A program made the translations under genes and the position numbers. 64,000 bases of DNA from Adineta vaga (taxonomy: Eukaryota > Animalia > Rotifera): the NCBI GenBank assembly GCA_021613535.1, contig CP075493.1:8370001-8434000 (forward strand), read 5' to 3'. The first letter of the stretch is position 1. Every line of letters starts with the position of its first letter. Below are positions 1 through 12,912 of this stretch, piece by piece. The notes under the pieces were generated by a model. That model was not told where the DNA came from. It saw only the letters and a program-made list of their open reading frames with translations, and ran no database searches.

Positions 1-18
1 TCGTTAAAAAATTATAGT

Positions 19-1519
19 ATGGCTAACAATAATTCCACTTTTTGGTCCAGCGGTGGATTTCGCAAACGTAAAGCAGCTGATAGTGATTTAGATGAAAAGT
101 AAAACTTTAAAATTTCATCTTTATATTAAATTTATTTCTGTTTTCTTCCTAAAATAGAGTTCATCAAAAAATGTTTGTTACAGAAGAAAAAATGGTGAAA
201 GAAATGCAAACATTGTCATTAGATTTAGCAACTCTCAATAACCCTACATCAATCATTGGGTAAATCTTGTTTTCTTTATTCTAGAAAGATGTTTCCTTGT
301 TTTTTCTTGGTTTTAGAGGATTGACTGTCCATGATAAATCTTCGAAAGACATAATCAATGAAGATGATAGTAGTGATGATGATAAGGATAAAAATATTGA
401 CGATACACATGTCGAATTCCATAAATTATTGAAAGATAGTTTGAAAAACGATGATATGCAAGATAGTTTTCTCAGCAAACTTTGTGAGAATGAACGGTAG
501 ATTTTTCTTAGAATTCGAGGGAAATTATTTTGAATTTTTTTAGGAGGAAATTCACCATGCAAATTGTACCTTATATGCCAATTCATCCTGCTCAAATGAA
601 TAGTGATACTGTAACAACAGATGAAAAAGCTGAAGGAGAAGAAGACGAAGAAGTCCTTGCTGAGAGCTCATCTCCCGTAATACCAGAAGAAGTTAAAAAT
701 GATAATGATGATCATTTATTTAAAATGCCATCAGCACCTACACCTTATACAGTCGAAGAACCAAGCGATAGTAATATAAAACGAGCTTCTACAATGAAAA
801 GGTAAGAGATAACTTTGACATGAATTTTGGAGCTATGATTCAAATATTTTTTGTAGAAGTTATTCACAATCAAATCAAAGTAATAGTAATCTATCAGTGA
901 CAGAATTAAAGTCCGATGTCAATGATAAAACATCAGTACTTCAATCACAGTCACCTTACTTTATTGTTGAACCAACAGTTACTCCGTAAGTGAAATAGAA
1001 TACAAAACTCGAAAATTCTTTAGTAAAATAACTTATAAGATGTATTTCGGAAGAAAAGAAAACGAGAAACTGTCGTTAGTTGATTGGCCATTAACAAGAA
1101 CTAAACATGACTAAACATTTCCTGCAAGATTAATTGAAAAAAAACCGGAAATTATAATAAACAAAAGAATAATTTCTTTACATGTCTTGGAAAAATCTCT
1201 CTTATGAGTCATCATGTGTAAGGAATGATATTCGAACTATAGTCAACATCGTATTTTATTACGTAGTTTGTTAGATGATATAAAAATACTGAGAATATCG
1301 TATAAGTTTTGTATTCTTTTTCTCTTTAGTTTGTGTCACACATCATCAAGTACATCAAGCTCATCACTTTCTACCAGTGATCTTTCAGTTCGAATTACAG
1401 AATTTGTTGAAAATCCTACAACGACAACCAATGAATTTGGCAATACACTTGAAGATGATGATATTGACATGCAATCAGTTGCTTCATCGGATACAGGAGA
1501 TAAAATGGATGATGACTGA
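19..1519 (+). CDS. HCFC1R1(HPIP)/CCDC117-like low-complexity protein, multi-exon
   Basis: ATG at 19. Spliced N-terminus RKRKAADSDLDE..VHQKMFVTEEKMVKEMQTLSL resembles HPIP KRRLEEE..KQFLSEENMATHFSQLSL; later MQIVPYMP. Acidic/Ser-rich exons (ORFs 297, 530, 1268) with GT-AG introns; ends DKMDDD*. Confidence 0.55.
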
Positions 1520-1685
1520 ATGTGCGTGAAAGAAATCTAATAGGACATTTTCTTTTCTAAAAAAATTGTTCTCTAATTTCTCACTCTTTCTGTGCAACAG
1601 AAATGTTTATTGATATTAGTGTGTACTTTATCTTTCAGATATAAGATTTCATCTTTATATTTTGTTTTTCTGTGATATTCATAGT

Positions 1686-2535
1686 ATGGCATCGGCACCT
1701 ATAACAGAAAATCCTGTAGATACAAATTCAGGTCCAACAGAAGAAAATCAAGCAACTTATCAGATACGTCAATTTGATTTAAAAGTAGTTCGAGATGCTT
1801 TTGTTAATTGCATTCAACCAGATCAAACATTACTTCTCCATGAATATGTTCGAGCTTATGATGAATTATGCATGTAAATTGTACTTTTTCTTCCAAAGAA
1901 AACAAAAACTGACTTATTCTGTTCTTAGATTTGTTTCATCACTCGGTGCTATTTTTGATTGGGCTATAAAAGATCTAACTCATAAATTACTCATTCTCAG
2001 AGAACATCAACGTCTCGATCCACTTAATTATGATTCCATTCAATCAATGATTGCTTATGAAGTTAAAACAGATCGTATCAAAACAAAAGATACAACATTA
2101 ATTCTTTCATCAGGCAAACCTTTACCAAATGGTTGTCGAACGTTATTAAGATTACATCGTGCACTTGCTTTTATCTCATCATTTTTGAGTCAAATGCGTA
2201 TGGCATCAGATAATGAAAGTTCAGCAGCAATTGCCTGGAATGCATATTCATCAACACTCGGACATTTTCATTCCTGGCCTGTTCGTCATACGTATGTATT
2301 CATTTCTTCTATCGTATACAAGCAAACATTCTGCACATCAATTTTCTTCTTTAGAATCCATGCTGCTATCAAATTAACAGTACCCGATCGTCAGACACTG
2401 GTTGACAAATTACTCAATAAACGAAATCCGGATGAAGTTGAAACAATTTCCTTAGATATTATCAAAGCTTGTAATGTGATTGAAACTACAACACAAGAAT
2501 TATTTCAAAAGCATCATTTGACCAGATTGCCTTAA
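1686..2535 (+). CDS. CPTP: GLTP-domain protein, ceramide-1-phosphate transfer protein-like, 3 exons
   Basis: NGCRTLLRLHRALAFI and AYSSTLGHFHSWPVR motifs of the CPTP/GLTPD1 subfamily; introns near 1874-1928 and 2292-2354. Confidence 0.85.
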
Positions 2536-3512
2536 CGTGTAATTTACTTCAATTTTTTCTTGTTTCTATGATCTGCTAAACTTAAACATAAACAAGGTGT
2601 GAATGTTAACTCATTTTATTCCTTCTTGTTCTTTTTTTTCTTACTTTGATGCGATTTTATTTTTTTGCTGATAATTTAGAGAATTGTCTATGAGAAATGG
2701 CATTTTTGTGTGTTGTCTAACGGCTTACAATAATATTTACAAAAGAATTCAGTATCCAAGCAATGAGCAAAATTAATGCTGCTTCTTTTTTGTGTTTGCT
2801 GCATTTTTTTCCTGTTTACTTTGCTTTCTATATCGACTGCATATAATAAATGAAAACGCAGTTAATTTCCATCAGTATTGTTCTGAATTGAAGAATTTTT
2901 GTCATTATTAACTCACAAGAACACATAGAAAATATAATAATTGATAGATCATTTTCATTTGGATACAATAAATATCACTCTTTTGTGTGTAATCGTTATC
3001 TACACGTCCATAGAATTTTTCATAGAGGTAGTTACGAACGACGTTTGTCGTATAACATGTGTTTTTTCATTTATACAGGTTGGAAAAAAAACAATGCGCT
3101 GCAAGTTAAAATCATAAAAATGCAATAAGTTCTCAGACGTGCTTGTGTTGATTTTTCGACAGAAATCTCAACAGTTACTAATAAGAATTACTTAGTAGGT
3201 TCATTAGAACGATTTTAGTAGACATTCTTTTTAATGAAAAGTAAAAGTCCTTTTTGGTAACCCCATACTTTTTCGACTCGCATTGATAGTGATGTAGAAC
3301 CAAATATCCTATGTCGATGCATAAAAAACAACCGATTAGTAGGTAGTGAGCTAATATAATTAGGATACCATATCGATATGTCGTACTTCCAAGTTTTGAA
3401 ATAGAACATCACTAAAAGCTGATCATTACGTAGTTAACAAATCAACTGGTTTACCAATAAGCGTATGTGGTCATATTCATATGAGTTTTAGATAAATACA
3501 AACTATTGACCA

Positions 3513-4677
3513 ATGTCCATTCTCTACGAAAGGAAACGAGCATTAATTATTGGCATTGATAATTATCGCGAAAACTCATTGAAATATTGCATCAATGATG
3601 CTCTAGATTTGAAAGAAACTTTACAATCGATAGGATTTGATGTTTATACAGAACTAAACTGCAGTTATGTTGATTTCTTCAAAGCGATCGACGACTTTAT
3701 AGAAGGCATAAAATCGACCGATCTAATCGTATTTTATTTCGCTGGACATGGAAAACAAATCGACGAACAAAACTTTCTATTACCATCGGATTATGATTAT
3801 AATTATCGCACGAGTGAAAATAAGTATTTAGAAGACAATGCCATCAATGTACGATATATTACAAAAGTCATAGATGGTAAAAACTGTGCTTTCACAATTT
3901 ATATATTTGATTGTTGCAGAAATTATGTGCGAACTCGATCCATCAATAGTCAGCAAGGTTTATCAGCAATGCATGCACCTCCAGAAACTTTAATAATGTT
4001 TTCATGTGCTCCTGGTAAAGCAGCACTAGATGAAACATATAATGGTCGAAATGGTATTTTTACGGGGATTTTATTGGAACACATCGCAAAAGCCCATGAT
4101 GATATCGAAGACGTACTTAAAAATGTTGCTCGTGATGTTAAAAAACAAACTAATGGTTTCCAACTACCATATCGAACAAGCTCTCTTACTGAGAGTGTCT
4201 TTTTCTCGACAAAATGTATACAAGGTAAAAGTTTTGTCAATTGTTTTTTTAAGGAGAGAACTGTTTGACCGACAGTCTTTCTCAAATGAATTGTCTGCGA
4301 AATAGGACGTCTCAAAATATTCTACTACGTGAGCACACTCAGTAACGACTTAATTATTAAAAGGCTCTGTTAAAACACGAAATGTACTACTGAACAGTTA
4401 GAATAAATGCGTTTTTCCTTTAGAAGAACTTGTTCGAAATGAATATGAACGTCGACTAAGATGTCATGGTCGTGCTTGTGACCAATGTGGTTATTGTCGA
4501 GATTGGTATCCACATAAAAATGATGCTGATTCTTACAACCATCATTATCAAAAGCGTAGTAATGCTACGTGTTGCGGTAGTCGATATGTATATCATGACG
4601 GACATGGTCATCTCTATGATTCTCTCGTTAACGGTTTTGGTGTGTCCTTCATCTGTGAATGTCCAGAAAATATTTGA
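3513..4677 (+). CDS. Caspase-fold peptidase C14 (metacaspase/orthocaspase-like) with Cys/His-rich C-terminal exon
   Basis: KRALIIGIDNY, catalytic FYFAGHG and IFDCCRN, GRNGIFT. Exon 1 3513-4224, GT-AG intron 4225-4423, in-frame exon 2 4424-4677 encoding RCHGRACDQCGYCRDW...CC...CECPENI*. Confidence 0.85.
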
Positions 4678-5060
4678 AATTACTCAACTCAGATAATTCA
4701 CCATCTAGGAGTGCCTAATATGTTAGGGCCCTTTCATGAATTTCTTTTTGTAGTGAATAAATCACAAATACAATATTGCTTATATCAAAAGTGGAGTGAA
4801 CTTCTATATATAGGAATTTTGATTTTAATAATGCATCGCTGAAGTTCAGAGTCAAGAGAACATTTTAGTTCTATTTTATTTACTTTGTTCAATCACTGAA
4901 TAAAGACTTTAGTTATGATTGATTGGCGAGATAACTCGTATTTAGATATCTTATTAGGCACAAAAACAATCTATAGATTAATTAATGAGAAAGTTTACCG
5001 TCATTTTCTTTCATTTGTTTGATTCATATTCATTAACAAACGTTCGAACACTACTCTGCC

Positions 5061-5639
5061 ATGTCAATTCGTTGTTTTTGTTCAGCTTTGGCTAAACGAA
5101 CTAATGATAATGTATTCGTTTGTGGTCATTATGAATATGGATCGATCGTCTGCTTATTTCACTTACATTCGGAAAATCTGAATAGTTTCTATCATCCATA
5201 TGACTATCCCATGGCACTTAATTGTGATAAATGCTTCTAAGTAGAACAATTCTTCACTATTTCTCGTCAACATCTATGTTGATATCAATATAGAATTACA
5301 ATTAAGATTCAATCTAAAGAATATGATGCACCATGTCGTGTACCAACTGTTCGATGTAATTGTGGTGAAGTAGCTACTTTCTATCAATCAAAAAAAGATA
5401 ATGCTAATAATAGCACGTATTTCTTTGGGTGTGAAAATTGGAGAACATAAAATTGCCAATACTTTGCATGGGCACATGAATATCGAACAATGCCTAATAC
5501 AGAAATCTTGAATCGTTTAGTGTTTAAATTCGTTGGCGGTGAACATCCATCTCAACTTAATCAGTTTCCAGTGGAAGAAAACGCTGATGTCGAAAATGAG
5601 GAAATATTACCAAACCTACAATGTGTCGTGATCCAATAA
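5061..5639 (+). pseudogene. Disrupted tandem GRF zinc-finger gene
   Basis: One frame from ATG 5061 to TAA 5639 reads MSIRCFC..FVCG..CLF and CNCGEVA..SKKDNANNSTYFFGCENWRT*NCQYFAW (zf-GRF pattern), with in-frame stops at 5238, 5280 and 5448. Confidence 0.7.
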
Positions 5640-5895
5640 GATCAATTCAACGTGTTTATCTTGCATAAAATATTTAGTTCGCACAAAGAAGAAAAGAAAA
5701 GACGTACTTTTTGCTAAATAGACAACAATTATAAATAACCGAATATATCTGGATAGGAGAAAAAAATACATCGAAATATGATATGTAAATATAATTGATT
5801 TTTAAAATAAAGAAAAGAGAAGGACGCGCACAAGACTAATTTGAAAAAAAATACTAAATCATATAAGAATGTCTATTGGTTTGTTTGTTTTTTTT

Positions 5896-8151
5896 CTAAG
5901 CAAGATGTGATCGTGGACATTTTTTAATTAATTCATCCACGACAGATGGATCATTTAATGTTGAAATATCACCAATATTATGAACATCCGGTTCGACAAT
6001 CTTACGTAAGATACGTCGCATAATTTTACCACTACGAGTTTTAGGTAGATTTGGTGCAAAATGAATTATATCAGGAAATACATGTGCACCGATCAGATCA
6101 CGAACAGTTTTGATAAGGTCTTTTCGTAGTGCATCGGATTCTTCAACGTCATCCTTCAATGTAACGAAACAGTACATGCCTTGATTTTTCTTTGCATCCG
6201 GATAGCCAACTACCGCAGCTTCCGATACACCTATATGTTGAACAAGAGCAGATTCAACTTCAGCTGTACCAATATTATGACCAGAAATAACAAGGACATC
6301 GTCCTAAAAAGAATAATTCATAAAAGATTTTTTGATTATCGTCTATTACAAACCACTCGACCAGTAATCCAATGATAACCATTTTCTTTAATTTCACATC
6401 CATCACCAGAAAAATAGTAACCAGGATATGACTTAAAATAAACATCAACAAAACGTTCATGTTGACGATAAAGACTACGTGCTTGACCAGGCCATGAATC
6501 GCGTATACATAATTCACCTGTAGCTGGAGGTTGTAATGGTTGCCGAGTAGTTTTGTCAAATAACTGAGTTTGAATACCAAAAAATGGAAGTGTCGCCGAA
6601 CCACCCTCAAGTTTCCAAACATTAGGAATAGGTGTAATCATAAATCCACCTGTTTCGGTCTACAATTAATTCAATCGATATCTTATAAACAGAAAAAGAA
6701 ACGATCAAACAAACCTGCCACCATGTATCAACAATTGAACAACGACTATTACCAACAACTGTATAATACCATTTCCATGCTTCTGGATTGATTGGTTCAC
6801 CTACTGTACCTAAAAGTCGAAGTGATTGACGACTTGTTCGTGTAACAAATGAATCATCATGTGCCATTAATGAACGAATAGCCGTTGGAGCTGTATAGAA
6901 TATATTAATTTGATGTTTATCAATAATATTCCAAAAACGTGATACATCAGGATAAGTTGGAATTCCTTCAAATACTACCGTTGTTGCTCGATTTGATAGT
7001 GGACCATAGATAACATCTATTTTAGAGAATAGATATTCGAATGACATCTCTTATTATACCAACCATTTTTACTTACATGAATGTCCTGTAATCCATCCAA
7101 CATCAGCTGTACACATATAAATCTCACCTGGATTGTAAGCAAATACATATTTAAATGTTAAATTGACATATGTTAAATAACCACCAGTAGTATGTAAAAT
7201 TCCTTTCGGTTTACCCGTTGAACCACTAGTATATAGCTAAGATAAAATAATAATTAAATGTTTTATTTCAATAAATATGTTAAATCTTACAATAAATAAT
7301 GGATCTTCAGCTTTCATTGGTTCAGGTTCACAATTATCATCTACCTTTTCTAATTCTTCATGTACCCAAAAGTCTCTTCCATCTTTCCATTGAAGTGAAC
7401 TACGTTGTTCTGCACAAACATCATTGACTTCCAACATATCATGATTTCGTTGGTAAACAAGAACAGTTTTGACTGTTTTACATTGTTCCATTGTTAAAGC
7501 AACATCAATTTTACTTTTCAATGGTGTACATTTACCACCACGAACACCAAAATCACTTGTAATGACAATTGTTGACTCACAATCGGAAATACGTTCAGCG
7601 ACACTATGTGAACTGAAACCACCGAAGACAACGGAATGTACGGCACCAATACGTGCACATGCTAATAATGCTACACATGTTTCCACAACCATTGGCATAT
7701 AAATCGTAACTCGATCATGTTTTTTAACTCCATGTTTTTTCAATACATTTGCAAATCGTTTTACATCACGTAAAAGTTCACCATATGTGACATGTTGTCG
7801 TGTTTCAGTTAGTTTATCTGCTTCAAAGATAATAGCAACTTGTTCGGCTATACTTGGATCTTTTTCCAAATGTCGATCGAGACAATTATAACAAACATTT
7901 AATACTCCATCTTCATACCATTTGATATCTACACCACGTTCTGTACGATAATCAAATTCGGTATCTTTTATTTTCGTAGGAAATTGATACCAATCTAAAC
8001 GTTGAGCAGCTAATTTCCAAAATCGATTTGGATCTTCAATTGATAATGCATAAAGACTTTTATATTCATCGAATGTTTGAATTTTATCTGGTAAAGACGA
8101 TTGGTCCCATTTTTTTGGAGTGGAATTATCTATCACTATTGAAGACGACAT
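5896..8151 (-). CDS. acs: Acetyl-CoA synthetase (AMP-forming), bacterial-like sequence, about 5 exons
   Basis: [31 protein letters not shown] and [16 protein letters not shown] motifs across exons separated by ~55-nt GT-AG introns. Confidence 0.95.
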
Positions 8152-9138
8152 TTTAAATGTAGACTATGAATGGAAAATGAAACGCACAAATGACGTCTGA
8201 AATATACACATATACATAATAATTAAGAAAGATAGAAAGAAAAAAAAAGAAGAAGCGTAAAAAAACAAGGCAGCAGATGCATCGAAAATATCAATTGAAA
8301 AGTATGAGACAAGATATCATATACCCGTTTTTTTTTCATGATGTCTTTTGACATATATGTCGATTTTATTAATTTAGGTCACTTGATGTCCTCATAGATG
8401 TTCTTTGTTATTGTTTGAATGTAAAAGTTATTTTTATTTGGATAGAAAGAAGGAGTATTGTATTACTTCGGACGACTATGATGACAAGTAAGTATATACA
8501 ATGTTTGTAATAACGAAGAAGAAAAATAAAATGCAGCATGTTGTTATATGATTTTCTTTTTTTCTTCTATCGTTTCTTCCTATAAAATTTAAACCACAAG
8601 GTCGACAGAAAATTGGTAAGTAACGAAATAACTCGACTGTCATACGGTATTATTGAAATAAATAAAGCTGTTCTTATCTGATTGTCCTTATAAATCATCG
8701 AGATATAGGATCGGAAAAAAAGAACAGCATCCTTCTGACTATTTCTTTCTCTCTCTCACACGAAGAGATGATTGTATATTGACATAATAAGAACGACCTA
8801 AAAAATCTTTTCTTTCTTTTTACATGCGTCACATACACACAGGAGGCAAGCTTGCTTAACCATCGATCGTCAAATTGACGAACAGAGAAAATAGAAGAGA
8901 TACTAGAACGGATCAGACTTGTCTTTTTCTTCTTCTTCTTAACTCGATGATCAATTCTTTTTTTTCCTATTTTCGACTTAATCGACAAGCGAGAAAACCT
9001 CGACTCACTACTACTCTTTTTCTTTTCATATAGAAAGTAAGAAACTATACATATCACGTGCATCTTTGTTTTCATGCAATAACAGATAAGAAGAACAATA
9101 ACAACAACAACAACAGTAAAAAAACATAAACGATACAT

Positions 9139-12100
9139 TTAAGAAAATGATTTTACTAAATATGATATTTGAGAAAAGTCTACATATGTTGATGATAACA
9201 TTGAAAAAAAACTATTATTGCTCGATTGACACCAATGATCATTGAGAGTGTCAGGAATATAAAGATGATAAAGAAGAAATTTGATTAGACTAACACTGGT
9301 GATCGAATCGGTCGAAGTCGGAAAAACTATTGAACGATTTTTTCTATTTAATCAAATGAAATCAGTATTAACTTAAGAACTAGATAAAAAGTAAAAAGAA
9401 AAAACAAACTTTTTTGCAGGAAATAATATTAATGTTGGATACTGATACGCAGTTAAATGCCATGGAAGATCATGTTTATCTGCTTGAATTCTAAATATAA
9501 ACAAAAGAAAACAACAACTATGAAAATATCGAATGAATAACATTTGTCGAACCGAGTAAAAAGAAGATCGGGAAAATTTTCGAAAAACTTCTTCGTTTGA
9601 AATAGAACTGGCCAAATCGATTGACAAAATCCACACCATTTTGTATAATAAACAACTAAAACATCCTAAAATATTCAAATTGATTATTTCATTTTCCTAT
9701 TCAATTCTACAATTACTTTATTTGAATCAAAAACAAATGAATGAAACGTATCAGTTGTTAATTCCACGAGTTTATTGGAATGTTTGTTTGCCAATTCACG
9801 CGTCGGAATACTTGTATATGAACGTGATCGTAAATTATGCGAGATTTCATAGATAAGATTATCTAGAATAATATTTATGATTAAATTCTCCACGAAATAA
9901 TTAAACTTACATACAGATATTTTCAGTTGTTATTTCATTATTATTAAGAATATAATGTTGTTCATTCTAGAAAAGAATAAGATTATCTATCATACAAAGT
10001 CGAAGTAATAATACGATGATCTTTAGAAAAGAGAAAGTCTATAAACCGGTAATCATTGTGCTTCCGGATGTTAAAGGTTGAAATAAAACAATGTATTATT
10101 CTTATGAAGAAGTGAGTCTTACAGGTTTGTGAAGAGAAGTAATATTCTTATACAGCATTTTCTTTTTCGGTATGAAAGACCGATTATGATAAGAATGTAG
10201 ATAGATTGAGTTCGAGAGAAATATAAAATACAAAAGGTTTATCTCTTTCTTTTTTCTTTATAGCTATTGAAAATATTTGTTTATGAATCATTGTTGACAC
10301 TCATCGAAAGAGATATATCCAGGTTTTGAGAGCATACTTTGTGCTTGTGAAAAGAAGCAGATAATATGTAACCTTCGATGTAAAAAAGAAACTATCTGAG
10401 TTTATATAGACTAGGTCATCTTAGTTAAGCAGTTATGTTAGATGATCTATCATTAATAAATGTCTATATAAAACATGCATTTTAGTCGAAAGCCTCTAAG
10501 ACTAACATAGGATGGATGATAAACCCCACGGGATTTTATATATCGGATAAATATTTCTTTTCCTTTAGCCGATAGCTATAAAAGATAAGACATTTTATTG
10601 ATTACAAACAATATAACTGATATTTATAACCTACTTTTGGTTGAAGCACCAGAATAATTCTTGAAGTATTCATAACACCAATATTTTGAGCAAAATTTGG
10701 ATAATCTCGTGAATTAATTAATCGAAAAGCCCATGTTGAATTCGTCTGACATAGGAATTCTTTATATTTCTCCATTGGATTCTCACTATCGACAATTTTT
10801 TTCGATTGCATATTAATAATATGTTCAAAGAATTTTTCTCGTCTTTTATCCAAAACAATTTCTTGATTAGATTTGAGCCTTTTTTCATAAATTAATGATG
10901 AATTTTTCAACCATTCTTGACAATAAATTTGCAAACAAAGTTTTTGTAATGAAATGTTCTTCAAAATCGGTAAACATATTTCTGCATGTTTTCCTGAGAA
11001 ATTAAATGTTGATAATGGTTGATTTAATAGACATAAATTGTATATATCATCTCTTGAAACTTGATTGAATGCATACTGACAACATGAAGATAAACGATGA
11101 CGTTGTGTTTTAGTTAAATTTTCTGTAACATCAATGAATGAACGATTATATAATTGTTCAAGTTGTTTGTTCCAAAGAGACGCATGAGTGATATTACAAC
11201 CGGATAGATGGAAATAAATTTGACGTAACTGCAAAAAGAGTAAAAGAATTCATGCATGAAATCTAATCTATTTCTTTCATATTTTCTATTCAAGCGAACT
11301 ATTTTTTTTTGTTTTTACTCGCTTGTCAATAGAAATTATAGTCGAGTGAATGACATGTTTACGAAAACGACAAATTGAATTCGATTAACGGAAAATATTT
11401 AGATAGATCAAATTTTATTCGTACTTTTAATTCGTCGAATTTGTTCGAAGTAAAAAAAAGTAGAAGATTTTCATAGCCAGTCAAAGCATCATATACAGTG
11501 GCTTTATCAATTGATGGACTACGTGAATAATAACGATTTTTTGGTACCAACCAACCGACATGTGGTTCTTCCTAAATGAAATTAGGAATGAAAATTTTTG
11601 TTAATTCATCACATGTGAAACAAACATCTTCATCGACAATCCATTGAAAAAGATTTTCCATTGTAAAATTATTGGTCATATTTGGAAATGCCTGTTTAAT
11701 CAAATGAGAAGAATATATATCGAATTAAATGAAATCTTTCTTTTACTTGAGGTTCAGAATGTAATCGATGTAAAACAATAAATGGCTTTTCAAAAGTATT
11801 ATTTATATAGAGTCTTGATAATTCTTCTACAATTGATTGATTGAGAATAATAGCGAAACGTATTGGATGTTCATTATCTATTTAAAAACTAAAATATCAA
11901 TTCATTTGATTTACTTTCTCTCTTTTACCATATTCAATATGTTTAAGAGCAGTTTGAACATAAAGTGAAGAATAATATCTTTGTGAATCATTTGAAAAAT
12001 CAAAAGAAGCTAAAACAGTCGACTAAAAACAATTCGAAAAGGTAATTAAATAACAAGATAAAATAAAATACGCTTTACTTCATATTGAACATTAAAATCT

Positions 12101-12780
12101 AGAAAATCATTCACATTAGTAAGTCGTAGTACAGGCATTCGAATTTTTTCAATAAATTCAATTAAATTCGATACGACTGCCGGTCCAAAATATTGATAAC
12201 CACGTGTACCTTTGATGTATAAGAACATTTGAGGAAAATAATTAAGTTTGTACGATTTTCGACATTGACCATTATGATAAAAACAATCAACAGCAATGAA
12301 TTTAACCTGAAGAAAAAGATGAACATTCTCATTGGAATCGATTTTATTCGATACTTACATGAAGTTTATCTAATGTGTTATTTCCGTGATGAATCTGTTC
12401 TCGATAGAAAGTAGCAGCTTTTTCATATGGATCACGCATACGTCGACTAATACCACAGAAATCTATTTAAAATACAAAAACTAAAGTTTATATTTCGATT
12501 GCTCATCTTGACTTACATGCATAGTACATAACAAACACAAATGTATGTGAATTGATCGTTTGTGACACATGTGCAAGATTTCCATCGAAATAATCATCAA
12601 TAAGTTTTTTCGAAGCCGTAAAAAATGGACGCGGTTCTTTATATGTTCCTGTATCCGAGGAGAAAAATCTAAAACAAAGATCTCATAAGGTTCATCAAAA
12701 ACATTTCGAACTTACCGAAATGATTTACATGATTGAATCGAAAGTATTGACAGGAAGAAAATCTTCACATTTATGTACAT
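9139..12780 (-). CDS. TXNDC11: Thioredoxin domain-containing protein 11-like, many exons
   Basis: Hydrophobic N-terminus from ATG 12780; FFTASKKLIDDYFDG, GYQYFGPAVVSNLIEFIEKIRMPV, and C-terminal Trx-like RIQADKHDLPWHLTAYQYPTLILFPA. Confidence 0.75.
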
Positions 12781-12912
12781 TCTATTGTTATCAATTACGA
12801 ATAAATATGAAAAAAAAAGGTCATATAAAAAAAATATTCAATCACATATTTTCTATTATTTTTTGAATGTATGTTTTTCAAATAAAAAAAGAAATCAAAT
12901 ACAAATGCAAAA

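Noticed and set aside
3215-3412. 65-aa minus-strand ORF upstream of the caspase-like gene
   Set aside because: No recognisable motif or splice support.
3950-4315. Antisense ORFs over real genes (also 7469-7702, 47129-47878, 51561-51839, 55090-55419)
   Set aside because: Shadow frames of well-supported opposite-strand coding sequence.
4711-4961. 10-bp inverted repeat GTGCCTAATA / TATTAGGCAC as possible MITE ends
   Set aside because: Short, no target-site duplication and no second copy in the window; plausible by chance.
5061-5639. Stop-codon reassignment or selenocysteine readthrough to explain the in-frame stops
   Set aside because: Neighbouring genes use TAA, TAG and TGA as normal stops; a dead intron plus one nonsense change is simpler.
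8695-9138. 147-aa ORF
   Set aside because: Translation of A/T/GA-rich UTR and promoter sequence between TXNDC11 and acs.
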